A DNA stretch of 64,000 bases, from positions 551,797,608-551,861,607 of the forward strand of contig NC_058131.1 in assembly GCF_016433145.1 (NCBI RefSeq). Reading direction: 5' to 3'. Position 1 is the stretch's first letter. Each line of letters starts with the position of its first letter. The notes beneath the pieces were generated by a model that saw only the letters and a program-made list of their open reading frames with translations, was not told the DNA's origin and did no database searches. This DNA comes from Gracilinanus agilis (Eukaryota). The position numbers were made by a program, and so were the translations under genes. Positions 1-11,585 of this stretch are shown piece by piece.

Positions 1-260
1 GGGACCGCTGGGACGTTACCTCTACCACGTTACCTGGCGGGTACCCTGACCCCGACACCCAGCTTCATCCCCCCTAAGTCCGCCCCCCACCCCCAGCAGC
101 GCCCTTCTGCAAGGGGCGTCCCCGACTCTCCCAGCCTCGCATCTCTCCCATTGGATAACCAGCCCCAGCCCCCCCCTGGCTCCAGGCCACGCCCTTCTCC
201 GCATGATGTAACTCGGGGGACCTCTTGCTCCCGGCAGATAGCTACTAGGGAAACAAGAAG
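1..260 (-). promoter_or_regulatory. CpG-rich promoter-like region, probably PCK2 by synteny
   Basis: GC box 80-85, CCAAT (- strand) 154-150, C/EBP-ATF element TGATGTAAC 204-212, two minus-strand donor-like G|GTAACG sites; no PCK2 coding sequence recognised. Confidence 0.45.
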
Positions 261-785
261 AGAAGGGTTGAACAAGTCTCCAAAAGTGGACATCCTGGCC
301 TCCAGGGAGACCCTTCAGTGCCCCCTCGAAGACTCAGAGCTCAAAGCGACCCTAAAGAGTACTTTGTCTAATTCCTTTACGTTACTCAGGAAGAAACTGA
401 GGCACGGAGAGATTCATGTCACCAGGTTTTAAGGAGCAGCAGCCAGGGTTCCAGCTCTTCTGCACACCACAGTCTTCCCTCCCCGACAGCTTCAGGCCCC
501 TAAGGTTTTCAGGGTCCTGGTGCTTACTTACATTAGACTTTTTTAAAAATTTTTATTTCTTTTTTATTTCTTTAAACCCTTACCTTCTGTCTTGGAGCCA
601 ATATTGTATATTGGTTCCAAGGCAGAAGAGTGGTAAGGGTAGGCAATGGGGGTCAAGAGACTTGCCCAGGGTCACACAGCTGGGAAATGTAAATTGCCTC
701 ACACAGTCTGATTCCCACCTGCTTTTACAGGATTATTGCATTTTACACTCCACACAATATATATTCCAGCCAAAAAATAACTTCT

Positions 786-988
786 GGGGCAGCTGGGTAG
801 CTCAGTGGATTGAGAGCCAGGCCTAGAGATGGGAGGTCCTAGGTTCAAATCCGGCCTCAGACACTTCCCAGCTGTGTGACCCTGGTCAAGTCACTTGACC
901 CCCATTGCCCACCCTTACCACTCTTCCACCAAGGAGCCAATACATAGAAGTTAAGGGTTTAAAAATAAAAAATAAACAAACAAACAAA
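786..988 (+). mobile_element. Young tRNA-derived marsupial SINE (SINE1_Mdo-like)
   Basis: Full-length head ggggcagctgggtagctcagtgg; 15-bp TSD caaaaaataacttct at 771-785 and 989-1003. Confidence 0.9.
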
Positions 989-1617
989 CAAAAAATAACT
1001 TCTTTGGTAGGCCAACTTTCATCTCCTGTCTCTGGGTTTTTGGAGAGTTTTGGGGCAGCTTCTCTCCTGGTCCCTCAGAGACTATAGCTTTCTTCAAAAA
1101 TCTACTCAGGTGCCAACTTCCATTGAGAACCAACCAGTCAGGAACCCCCTCCAGTTACTTTGATTTTTAAATTTTTAATAATAAATTTCCACACAAGCTT
1201 TCCGAAGTTATATGATCCAAATTGTCTCCCTCCCTTCTTCTCTCCCCACTCTTGGAACTCTCAAGCAATTCAATCCCTTCCAGTTACTTGGAGTAAACTT
1301 TGTAAATATTCTCTCTGGGAACTTTTGATACTGCTTTTCATAGTTCTCATGTTGATCTGACCTGTGCCTTTCAGCCTCCTTCCTGTCTCATTCCTCACTC
1401 ATATCAGTGGCCCCTGCTTGTGGCTGCACCCCAAAGCTCTGTCCTGGGGTCCCTTCTTTTTTCTCTTTACATTCTCTCACTTGGTGACCTTATCAGTTCT
1501 CACAGAGTAGTCATCTTGCAGGTGAAGCCTACATCTACATATTTGGCCTATATCTCTCTTCCCCTCCAGTCCCACATTACTAACTGAATTTGGGACATTT
1601 CAAACTGGATGTTTTAA

Positions 1618-1715
1618 CTACAGCCATCTCACCTGATCTTGGAAGCTAGGGAGGATTGGGTTTGGTTAGTACTTGGTTGGAAGACTGCCTGGGAATACCA
1701 GATGCTGTAAGATTC
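1618..1715 (+). pseudogene. 5S rRNA retropseudogene with internal deletion
   Basis: ctacagcc..atctcacctgatcttggaagcta..tggttagtacttggttggaagactgcctgggaataccagatgctgta matches 5S rRNA; A-rich tail; interrupts an L2. Confidence 0.9.
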
Positions 1716-2350
1716 AAAAAGAACCCTAAGAATCTGGAGGTCCAGTGGGCATCTCAAATCCAACACATTAGCTCACTCCTTTCCCAAATTTCTCTCTCCT
1801 TCAAGGATACCGTCATTCTTCTAGTTGTCTACATTTAGTGTCCTTCTCGAATCCTCACAGGTATTCACCAAATATATATATATAATCAGTTAATAAATCT
1901 TGTAATTTTTACCTTTACAAATCACTTGCATTTGTTCCCTTCTCTCGACCACCTTTTCCTCCAGCTCCTACTCCAGCTCAGATCCTCACTGCCTACTGCC
2001 TGGATTATAGGCTCCTGATTAACTTCCCTGTTGCAAGTCTCTCTCCCTTCCAAATTACACAGAGATTTTCTTAAACACAAGTCTGACCACATCACTTTTT
2101 TGCTCAATAAACTCCAATGGCTCCTTAGGACCTCTTGAATTAAAAACAAAGTCCTGTGTGGCCTTTCTCCAAACTCTACTCAAGTGCCAACTTCCTTGGA
2201 GAACCAACCAATCAGGAACCCCCTCCAGCTACTTAAAAAAAAAAAAGGTTTTTTTAGATTACAAATTTCCACATAAGTTATAGGATCCAAATTGTCTCTT
2301 TCCCTTCTTCCCTCCCTTCTGGATCTGGATAAACTCCAATGGCTCCCTAT

Positions 2351-2861
2351 TGTTGTGGGGTGCAGAGGTGAACCCCCTGGGGTTCGGGAAGGGTACCTTT
2401 TATAAAAATGCAAGACTTTGACATGTAGCTTAAAAATAAAAAGAGAAATTTATTAATTTGGAAGGTAATGTTGAATCTGACCAGGAGGGCAGCATAGGTG
2501 GAACAGCATGGCTGGAGAGCTGCTCCTTGGGAGGACAGCATGGATGGAAAAGTTGTCCCCAAGAGGATATCAATTCTGGGGGTTTTATACTCTTTACAAC
2601 AGTGAGGCCTTGATTCTAGAGTAGTAAGCACAGAAGCCAGGAGTAGGGGAGGTTTGCCTGAAGGCATGGGGGTGGTTCTTGTGATTTGGAGGGCAGATGA
2701 ATGAGGTGTGTCTCTGGTCCATCTCAAATCTATGGGGCAATCAAAGGAGGGTAATCTTCAAGATCAGATGTTTTGGATTGGGAGTCCTGAAGGCATAAGG
2801 GAGCAAAGGAATTTCTCTATTTACAGTTTTCCTGAGTTTTGAGGGTACAATGCCCATGCCA
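2351..2861 (-). mobile_element. Solo LTR of an endogenous retrovirus
   Basis: Starts TG, ends CA; 5-bp TSD cctat at 2346-2350 and 2862-2866; minus-strand TATA (2590-2583) and AATAAA (2454-2449). Confidence 0.75.
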
Positions 2862-3282
2862 CCTATTACCTCTCCAATTAAAAACAAACTCTTTTATGAC
2901 CTTTCTCCTACTGGACCCCAATCTATTTTTCTGCCTTATTGTTACAAATTCCTCCTTTCAAACTGTTCTTATTGTTTCTCATATACATGAATCCATTTCC
3001 AGTTATGATTGTCTAGTCCCTCTGCCTGTAAGGCATTCCTTTCTCATCTCTGTCTTTTAGAATCCCCAGTTTCATACTATGCAGCTCGATATTCATACTA
3101 GTCCTTCTACAAGAGGCATTTCCTTATCTCTTGAGCTGCTGCTGGCACCTTTCCTTTGGTAAACGTTTTTATCAATTTTGTATATACTTATGCACATATA
3201 TATGCATATATATGTTTTCTGATAGAATGATAGTACCTTGAGGACAGGTCTTATTTCACTTATATTTTTGTATATATGTAGA

Positions 3283-3530
3283 GGCAGGTAAATGGTACAA
3301 TGGATAGAGTTCCAGGACTGGAGTCTGGAAGACTCATCTTCCCGAGTTCAAATCTGGCCTCACATATTTACTATGTGATCCAGTAACTTAAGCTTGTTTG
3401 CCTTAGTTTCCTCATCTACAAAATGAGCTAAAGAAAGAAATGTCAAACTATTCCAGGATCTTTGCCAATAAAACCCTGAATGGGGTCACACAGAGTCAGC
3501 CATAACTGAAACAAAACAACAACAAAAGTC
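3283..3530 (+). mobile_element. MAR1-type CORE SINE
   Basis: tRNA-like head, CORE cctcagtttcctcatct, RTE-derived tail ggggtcaca..agagtc..actgaa..aacaacaa. Confidence 0.8.
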
Positions 3531-3545
3531 AGAAATGAAGGGAAG

Positions 3546-4310
3546 CACAATAGTATTCCATCACCAGCATATACCACAATTTGTTCAGCCATTCCCCAAT
3601 TGAAGGGCATACTCTCGCTTTCCAGTTTTTTGCCACCACAGAGAGCACAGCTATAAATATTTTTGTACAAGTCTGTTTATCCATGATCTCTTTGGGGGTA
3701 CAAACTCAGCAATGGTATGGCTGGATCAAAGGGCAAGCATTCTTTTATCGTTCTTTGGGCATAATTCCAAATTGCCATCCACAATGGTGATGGAATACTA
3801 TTGTGCTCAAAGGAATAATAAACTGGAGGAATTCCATGTGAACTGGAAAGACCTCCAGGAACTGATGCAGAGTGAAAGGAGCAGAGCCAGAAGAACAGTG
3901 TACACAGAGACTGATACACTGTGGTAAAATAGAATGTAATGGACGTCTGTACTAGCAGCAATGCAATGACCCAGGACAATTCTGAGGGACTTATGGAAAA
4001 GAACACTACCCACATTCAGAGGAAGAACTACAGGAGAAGAAATACAGAAGAAAAACAACTGCTTGAACACTTGGGTTGATGAGGACATGATAAAGGGGAT
4101 GTAGACCCGAAAGGACCACACCAATGTAACTATCAATAATATGTAAATAAGTCTTGACTGACCACACCTGTTAAAACTAGCGAAAATGCGAGTTAGCTAT
4201 GGGGGGCGGGAAGAGGTTGAGGGGGTGAAGGGTAAAGTAAAAACATGAATTATGTAACCATGAACAATTTTTCTAAAAATAAAAAATTAATAAAAAAATT
4301 AAAAAAAAAA
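3546..4310 (+). mobile_element. 5'-inverted (twin-primed) marsupial L1 insertion
   Basis: 3546-~3784 antisense L1 ORF2 end, 3785-4310 sense with poly-A; 15-bp TSD agaaatgaagggaag at 3531-3545 and 4311-4325. Confidence 0.9.
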
Positions 4311-4565
4311 AGAAATGAAGGGAAGTTGGTCCTGTAGAGAAAATATGGATTAAGAAACCAACTGTGTGGGTGCTGTGCTAAAAGGAAAAAAATATGTATA
4401 TGTCTTTAGCAATTATTTTATTTCCAATTAATTTTTTTTATGTTCTATCTTTACCATCTCCCCTGGCATTGAAGGGGGAAAAAAAGGAAGCCCAAACCCT
4501 TGGAACAAATATGTATAGTTAAGTAAAACTAATTTATGAATTGGCCTGTTAAAAATGTATCCCTA

Positions 4566-4756
4566 GGGGCAGCTGGGTAGCTCAGTGGAGTGAGAGTCAG
4601 GCCTAGAGATGGGAGGTCCTGGGTTCAAACCCGGCCTCAGCCTCTTCCCAGCTGTGTAACCCTGGGCAAGTCACTTGACCCCCATTGCCCACCCTTACCA
4701 CTCTTCCACCTATGAGACAATACACCGAAGTTAAAGGGTTAAAAAAAAAAAGTATG
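4566..4756 (+). mobile_element. Young SINE1_Mdo-like SINE
   Basis: 15-bp TSD aaaaatgtatcccta at 4551-4565 and 4757-4771. Confidence 0.9.
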
Positions 4757-5304
4757 AAAAATGTATCCCTAATTTTGCATCTTGCCTCTATCACCTCTCT
4801 ATCAGGAGGTGGGTAGCATGCTTTATTATTAGTCTTTTGAAATCTTGCTTTGTCATGAATTATGCCATAAGAGATTTCAAGTCTTTTAATGTTTTTTTTC
4901 TTTATAATGTTTTTGTTATATAAATTGCTCTCATTCTACTCACTTCACTCTGCATCAGTTCATAGGTTTTTCCAGATTTCTTTGAAACTATTCCTTTTGC
5001 TATTTATTGGGGCACATATACCATTCACGCACCATCATTTATTTATCCATTCCCCAGTTGATGATCATTCTCTTAGTTTCCAATTCTTTGCCCCTATAAA
5101 AAGAGCTAATATTTTTGTATAAATAGGTCTTTTTTATTCTATCCTTTTTTTTGGTCGGGGTATAGTTTAGTAATTTTAGGGGCACAGTTCCAACTTGCTT
5201 TCCAGAAAAGCTAGATCAAGCCACAACTCCATCAATAGGACTCTAATGAAACAAAGCCTTTCCAACATTTAATTACCTTTTTATTTTTTAAAATCCTTAT
5301 CTTT

Positions 5305-5690
5305 TTTTTTAACCCTTATCTTCGGTCTTGGAGTCAATACTGTGTATTGGCTCCCAGGCAGAAGAGTGGTAAGGACTAGGCAATGGGGGTCAAGTGACTT
5401 GCCCAGGGTCACACAGCTAGGAAGTGTCTGAGGCCAGATTTGAACCTATGACCTCCCATCTCTAGGCCTGGCTCTCAATCTACCAGCTGCCCCCTTTAAT
5501 CCTTATCTTCTATCTTTAAATCAATACTAAGTATTGTTTCCAAGGCAGAAGAGGGGTAAGGACTAGGTAATTGGAGTTAAGTGACTTGCTCAGGATCACA
5601 CAGTAGGAAGTGTCTGAGGTCAGATTTGAACTCAAGATCTCTCTTTTAGGCCTGGCTCTCTAGCCACTGAACCACCTACTAGCGGCCCCC
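5305..5690 (-). mobile_element. Two adjacent SINE1-type SINEs
   Basis: Two copies of the cccttatcttc...ggtcacacag...gctgcccc pattern. Confidence 0.8.
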
Positions 5691-7278
5691 TGTTAATTTC
5701 CTTATAATTATCCAATCTGATAGGTAGAACCTCAAAGACATTTTAATTAGCATTTTCTAATTATTAGTCATTTGGAACATTTTTTATAAGGCTATTAATA
5801 GCTTGGATTTCTTGCTCTGAAAGTTGCCTGTTCAAATCCTTTGACCTTTCATCAGCTGGGGAAGTAAACATGGAATGTCAATAGAGAAATCCTTTTAATA
5901 TATTGGGTAGATTCTCTGGAGGATTTATGAAAGGACATGGTTAAGAATCACACAGGATGAGAGGCAGAGAGAAGCTAAGATTTGTATCCCTGGAGAGAGT
6001 ACTCACATTTATGAGCCCACAAGAGTCACCGAAGCATTAACTAAAGACAGTTCAGGTGGCTTAACTTTTAGTAAACTCAGTTCCTGGCTGTTCATAAATG
6101 TCAGTCATGCTCCTTGGGCAGACTGAGTGAGGTTCAGGCAGAGTGGGGAGTTACCTTCCAGCACTCTTGTTTTCTCTAGTCTTTGTCTCCCTCTACCCCA
6201 CTTGAAAACAAAACAAGACCCAAACTAAAAAAACTTAACATTCTTTTTTTGTCATAGTCACTTCCTCTCCCCATGCCCCACTCCCACCGTAAAACAGGAC
6301 CCTTCCTTATAAAAAAATACGTATAATAAAGAAAAAAAGAATCAAAACCTTGACTCTCATTTTTTAGACTCCACTTCACCCCTGGCTCTGCCCACCAGCT
6401 ACCACCCAGGATGCCAAGTACATTCAATAAGTCTGAGAGAGAAAAGCCACCAGGGGGCAGGATGCCATTGGACTTAATTCCTCATCTTCTGTCTCAGATC
6501 CTTAGGGCTCTGGACCGCTGGGATGGGGGCCTGCCAGCGAGGACTTTGGGATTTGGGAGCCTGCCTCACTCTTGACCAAAAGCTAGGCTCTAACCCAGTT
6601 TGGTTTTCAGTTTGGGGATCTGGGTCCAAAGGCCCAAGAATGAGATTCCCTAGTGAAACCCTGGCTCTGTTTTTCCTTCAAATTTCATAGACTGGAGCTG
6701 TAATCTCTTGGAATCTCAAGGTCCTCAACAGCCTGCAGCCACCCTATCTTTCTAGCTGTATTTTATGCTAAATGAAATGCAAAGCACTTCAAAAACCTTC
6801 AGCTCTCTATAAATCAAAGGATTATTATTATCCTCATATTTATGCTCTACAATAATGAGGCTTTTACTTCCTTCCATGAACTCTACGTGCCAGCAAACTA
6901 GACAGCTCGTTGCAACTCAAACTTTACCTGCTTAATATAGAATTCCTTCCCCCCCCAAATATGTCCCTTGTCTAAGGTTTCCTTGTCTGTTAGGGATACC
7001 CCCGTTCTTTCTGTCACTCAGGTGGGCAGCTCTGACTCTTTGCTTTTCCTCCTGTCTGCAGTCAATCTGGTATAAGTCTTGTAGATTCCCCCTTTATGTC
7101 ATCTTTCATTTCCTTCTCCTCCTCTTCCCCCACCAAGCCAGAGCCTCAGTCTCTGTTCTTATCACTTATTAGGGAGATTATGGTAATAACCTTCTGACTT
7201 ATCTCCTTTCTTCCAATCTTTTCTTTCTCCAGCCCATCTCCCACACAGTTGCTAAAATCATCTTTCTAAAGTATGGGT

Positions 7279-7382
7279 TACCAGTGGAATTGCTTGTCAG
7301 CTTTGGAAAGGGGGAGGGAGAGAACATGAATCATGGAATGATGGAAAAATATTTTTAAAAATTAAATAAAATTAAAAATTAA
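7279..7382 (+). mobile_element. Very short 5'-truncated L1 3' end
   Basis: G-rich L1 tail with A-rich end; TSD aaagtatgggt 7268-7278 and 7383-7393. Confidence 0.75.
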
Positions 7383-8569
7383 AAAGTATGGGTCACAACT
7401 CTCCCCTCCCTCCTTAATCTTTTGTAGTTCCTTGCTAGCTCCATGATAAAATATCAATTGAATCTGACATATAGGGTCTTTGATAATCCACCTCCAACCT
7501 GCCTTTCCAGATTAAAAAACAAAAACAAAAACCCTTACCTTCTGTCTTAGCAATTGGAGGTAAGTGATTTGCTCAGTCATAAGGTTAGGAAGTATTTGAG
7601 GTTAGATTTGAACCCAAGACCTCCAGTCACTAGGTCTGGTTTTCAATCCACTGAGACACCTAACTGCTCCCTACTGGATTTTTTTTTCATGTTATCAGCC
7701 AGTATGTATTATACGTTTTAACCAAATTGGTCTACTTTTTAGTTCCTAAACATGGCATTCAGTATCTTGCCTCCATGTCCTCCCATAGGCTATGATCTCA
7801 GGCCTGGAGTACACTCCCTCCCTCCTCTGACTCTCAGAACTTCTCTCCCTTCCCCTTCTCTGACTTATCAAAAAGGCAAGAAAAACAAAATTCATTAAAA
7901 ATATCTATTATCAAGGTAACGAGGTGGCTAAGTGGATAAGAGCCAGGCCTAAGAGATAGGACGTCCTGGGTTCACATCTGACCTCGGACACTTCCTAGCT
8001 GTATGACTATGGGCAAGCCTTTACTATTCTTCTGCTTTGGAACCCATATTTCATATTAAGGCTAAGACAGAAAGTAAGGGTTAAAAAATGTATAGTCATG
8101 CAAAACAAATTTATACTTTGGCTATTTTTTTTAAAGCAGGAAAAGAGAAAAAAAAATATGCTTCAATCTGCATTCTCAATCCATCAGTTCTCTATCTGGA
8201 GGTAGAGAGTATGTTTCATGATGAGTCCTTTGGAATTATGATTGGTCATTGTGTTGGTGAGAGTTACTAAGTCTTACAAAGATTATTTTTAGAATATTAT
8301 TGTCACTGTGCAGATTGTTCTGGTTCTGCCCACTTCACACCAGGTCCTATAGGTTTTTCTGAAACCACCTAGAATTTCTTATAGCACAATAGCATTCTAT
8401 CATATTTGTATACTATAATTTGTTCAGCCTTTCCCTCATTGATGGGCATCCCTTTGGTTTCCAATTCTCTATTACTGCAGAAAAAGCTGCTATCGATATT
8501 TTTGTACACATGAGTCCTTTTCCTATTTCTTTTATCTCTTTGGGGTATAGATCTAATAACAGTATTTCT

Positions 8570-9393
8570 TTTTTTAAATCTTTAAAATTTTTTTTTATTG
8601 ATTAAGAAAATTTTTCCATGGTTACATGATTCATGTTCTTTCCCTCCCCTCCTCCCACCCCCTCCTGTAGCCAATAAGCAATTCCTGGGTTTTACATGTG
8701 TCATTGATCAAGACCTATTTCCATATTATTGATATTTGCACTAGGGCGATCATTTAGAATCTACATCCCTAATCATATCCCCATCGAACCATGTGATCAA
8801 GCAGTTGTTTTTCTTCTGTGTTTCTGTTCCCACAGTTCTTTCTCTGGATGTTGATAGCATTCTTTCTTATAAGTCCCTCAGAATTGTCCTGGATCATTGC
8901 ATTGCTGCTAGTAGAGAAGTCCATTACATTTGATTTTACCACATCGTATCAGTCTCTGTGTACAATGTTCTGGCTCTGCTCCTTTCACTCTGCATCAATC
9001 CCTGGAGGTTGTTCCAGTTTACATGGAATTCTTCCTGTTCATTATTCCTTTGAGCACAATAGTATTCCATCACCAATAGATACCACAATTTGTTCAGCCA
9101 TTCCCCAATTGAAGGGCATCCCTTCGTTTTCCAATTTTTTGCCACCACAAAGAGTGTGACTGTAAATATTTTTGTACAAGTCTTTTTCCTTATGATCTCT
9201 TTGGGGTATAAACCCAGTAGTGGTATGGCTCGATCAAAGAGCAGACAGTCTCTTAAAGCCCTTTGGGCATCGTTCCAAATTGTCATCCAGAATGGTTGGA
9301 TCAATTTACAACTCCACCAGCAATACATTAATGTCCCTGTTTTGCCACATTCCCTCCAACATTTATTACTTTCCTTTGCCGTCATGTTAGCCA
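8570..9393 (-). mobile_element. 5'-truncated L1 (end of ORF2 + 3' UTR) nested in an older L1
   Basis: ORF 8936..9394 resembles the L1 ORF2 C-terminus (CWRECGKTGTLMYCWW...PLLGLYP...WLNKLWY); TSD atctaataacagtatttct 8551-8569 and 9394-9412. Confidence 0.9.
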
Positions 9394-9579
9394 ATCTAAT
9401 AACAGTATTTCTGAGTCAAAGGGTAGGTGCTGTTGAATAATTTTGGGGGCAGAGTTCTGATTGTTCTCCAAAATGGTTGGACTAATTCACAGCTCCACCA
9501 ATAGTGTCTTAATATATCTGTTTTCCCATATCCCCTCTAGCATTTGTCATTTTCCTTTTGTATCATCTTAGCCAAGTTG

Positions 9580-9639
<60 letters not shown>

Positions 9640-9640
9640 T
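9580..9640. repeat. (TG)n(AG)n compound microsatellite
   Basis: Direct reading. Confidence 0.95.
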
Positions 9641-9659
9641 AGCTCCTTAATGTTGTTTT

Positions 9660-9860
9660 ACTTTGTTATTTTTCAGTTGTTTCAGTCCTGTCTGACTCTT
9701 TGTGACCCTATTTGGGATTTTCTTGTCAAATATACTAGAGTGTCTTGCCATTTCCTTTTCCAGCTCATTTTATAGATGAGGAAATCAAGGCAAATGGTGA
9801 AGTGACTTGCCCAAAGTCGCACAGCTAACAAATGTGTGCTATTTGAATTCAGGTCTTCCT
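9660..9860 (-). mobile_element. MAR1-type CORE SINE
   Basis: Reverse complement of the same pattern. Confidence 0.75.
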
Positions 9861-10559
9861 AACTCCATTTTAATTTGCATTTCTCTAATTATTTGTGAGT
9901 TAGCGCAGTTTTTCATATGGCTGTTGGTAACCTTGATTTCTTTCTCTAAAAAGGTTAGTTTGAAAAGGGAAAGGAAGTAGGTCATAATTATAAAAGTTGT
10001 TGATGAGACAAAGGAAAAATTATGTGACTGTCAAGTTTTGAGAAGTAATAAAAAGCTATAAAAGTCTTAACAAACTGCCTTAGAGTTGGTAGGAATCACT
10101 TCCATAGACTGAGAAAGGGAATCAATAGGAATAGAGGCAGGAATGAAAGGGCTGCCATGCTGCAGTGAGGGCTCAGTTGAGGTTTCATAACATAGATCTG
10201 TAACGTACTATATAATTAGCTTTGTGCAGTGGCCAATGAGGTTTAACTGAAGCACAATTATTGCTAATTGCAATGTACATACTTAACAGTCGTGAGACTT
10301 CCTCCTACTTCATTCAGTAACTTGTGAGTGGGTCAGTGGTGGGAGCCATCCAGGATGAAATCTGTCAAGAAAGGAGCAGCAATAAGACAAAGGGCTAGCT
10401 ATTCAAGAGCAGATAGAGTTGAAATGGCCAGCCATTGGGTTGAACCTGGAGAGGAAGGAAAGTGAATTCAGGGTAAGAGAGAAAATACTAAGGGAGGGAG
10501 AAAATGTAGTTCTCCACGAGGGCCAAGGACAGGTGACAGGAGGATGAAGCATGGGGAGG

Positions 10560-11030
10560 AGTGGGATGAAGCATGGGGAGGAGTGGAATGGTAAGAGATT
10601 ATGATCTGAAATATTGTGTTTAGTTCTGGGTTCCATAGTTTAACAAGAACATTCATTGTTAAGCAAGAGAGCATCCCTGGAGGACAATCAGGACAATGGA
10701 GGGTCTGAGTCCATATCATATAAGGATAATCTGAAGGAACTGGGATGCTTAACCTAGAGAAAGAAGACTCAATGGGACATCATCGATGACTTCAAGTATT
10801 TGAAGTATAGTCATGAGGATGAGGTATTTTTCTCATTCTATTGGCTCCAGGAAGTAGAACTAGATGAGTTGCAAAGAGGCCAATTTAGGCTTTGATGTTA
10901 TAGGAAAAACTTCCTCTTAGTTAGAGCTGCCCCAAATGGAATGGACTGCTTTGGGAGAAGACAGTTGCTGATCTTTTGAGTGGTGGAGGTCTTCAAACAG
11001 GGGCTGGATGACCCTTGGTTATATACGTGA
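10560..11030 (+). mobile_element. CR1/L3 3' fragment
   Basis: tattgtgtttagttctggg...gaaggaactgggatgcttaacctagagaaagaagactc...cttcaagtatttgaag. Confidence 0.65.
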
Positions 11031-11389
11031 TAGTGGAGATGCCCTTGGGGCAAAGAATGGACTTGAAGGCTGCTAAAGTTCCAGATCTAAAATAGTGAGA
11101 TTCTGGGTTTAAATCATTTGTCCAAGGCCATGTAGTAACTTAATTTCAGAGCCAGGGCTTGGAATTCAGGTCTCCTATTTACTATCACCTTCTGTTCTCT
11201 ATTTTCCTTTCTTGTAATCTAGTTCCTATGTTCTTTCTTCTGCTCCGCTCTATCTCTCTACCTTATTCTTCTTCATTCTCTTCTTTTCCCCTCTTCCTTC
11301 ATCTCTCCTACTCTTCTTTCTTCTCCTGTTACATAGTTCTCTTCATCTGATCTCCTTTTCCTCAATGTGTGTGTGTGTGTCTCTCTCTT

Positions 11390-11585
11390 TAAACCCTTCT
11401 CTTTCATCTTAGAATCAATACTGTGTATTGGTTCCAAGGCAGAAGAGTGATAAGGGCTAGGCAACTACAGTTAAGTGACCTGCCTGGGGTCACACAGCTA
11501 GGAAGTATCTGAGGTCAGATTTGAACTCAGGCTTTCCCATCTCTAGGATTGGCTCTCTATCCACTGAGCCACCTAGCTGACCCCT
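11390..11585 (-). mobile_element. SINE1-type SINE
   Basis: aaacccttc...ttagaatcaatactgtgtattggttccaaggcagaagag...gagccacctagctg. Confidence 0.8.

Larger units (their letters stand above)
1360..3270 (+). mobile_element. Old L2 fragments interrupted by the 5S pseudogene and the LTR
   Basis: L2-type motifs (ctgtcctggggtcccttct, caaactggatgt..ccagtgggcatctcaaa, ataaactccaatggctcc). Confidence 0.65.
4390..5900 (-). mobile_element. Old, fragmented L1 3' region interrupted by SINEs
   Basis: Degenerate L1 motifs (ccattccccagttgatg, ttccaattctttgcc, aatccttttgacc). Confidence 0.65.

Noticed and set aside
3677-4136. ORFs of 70-112 aa
   Set aside because: L1 ORF2/3' UTR remnants or their antisense, not host genes
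6512-6523. 12-mer ggaccgctggga shared with window positions 2-13
   Set aside because: Similarity does not extend on either side; compatible with chance
8818-9440. 152-aa ORF and overlapping ORFs
   Set aside because: Truncated L1 ORF2 C-terminus
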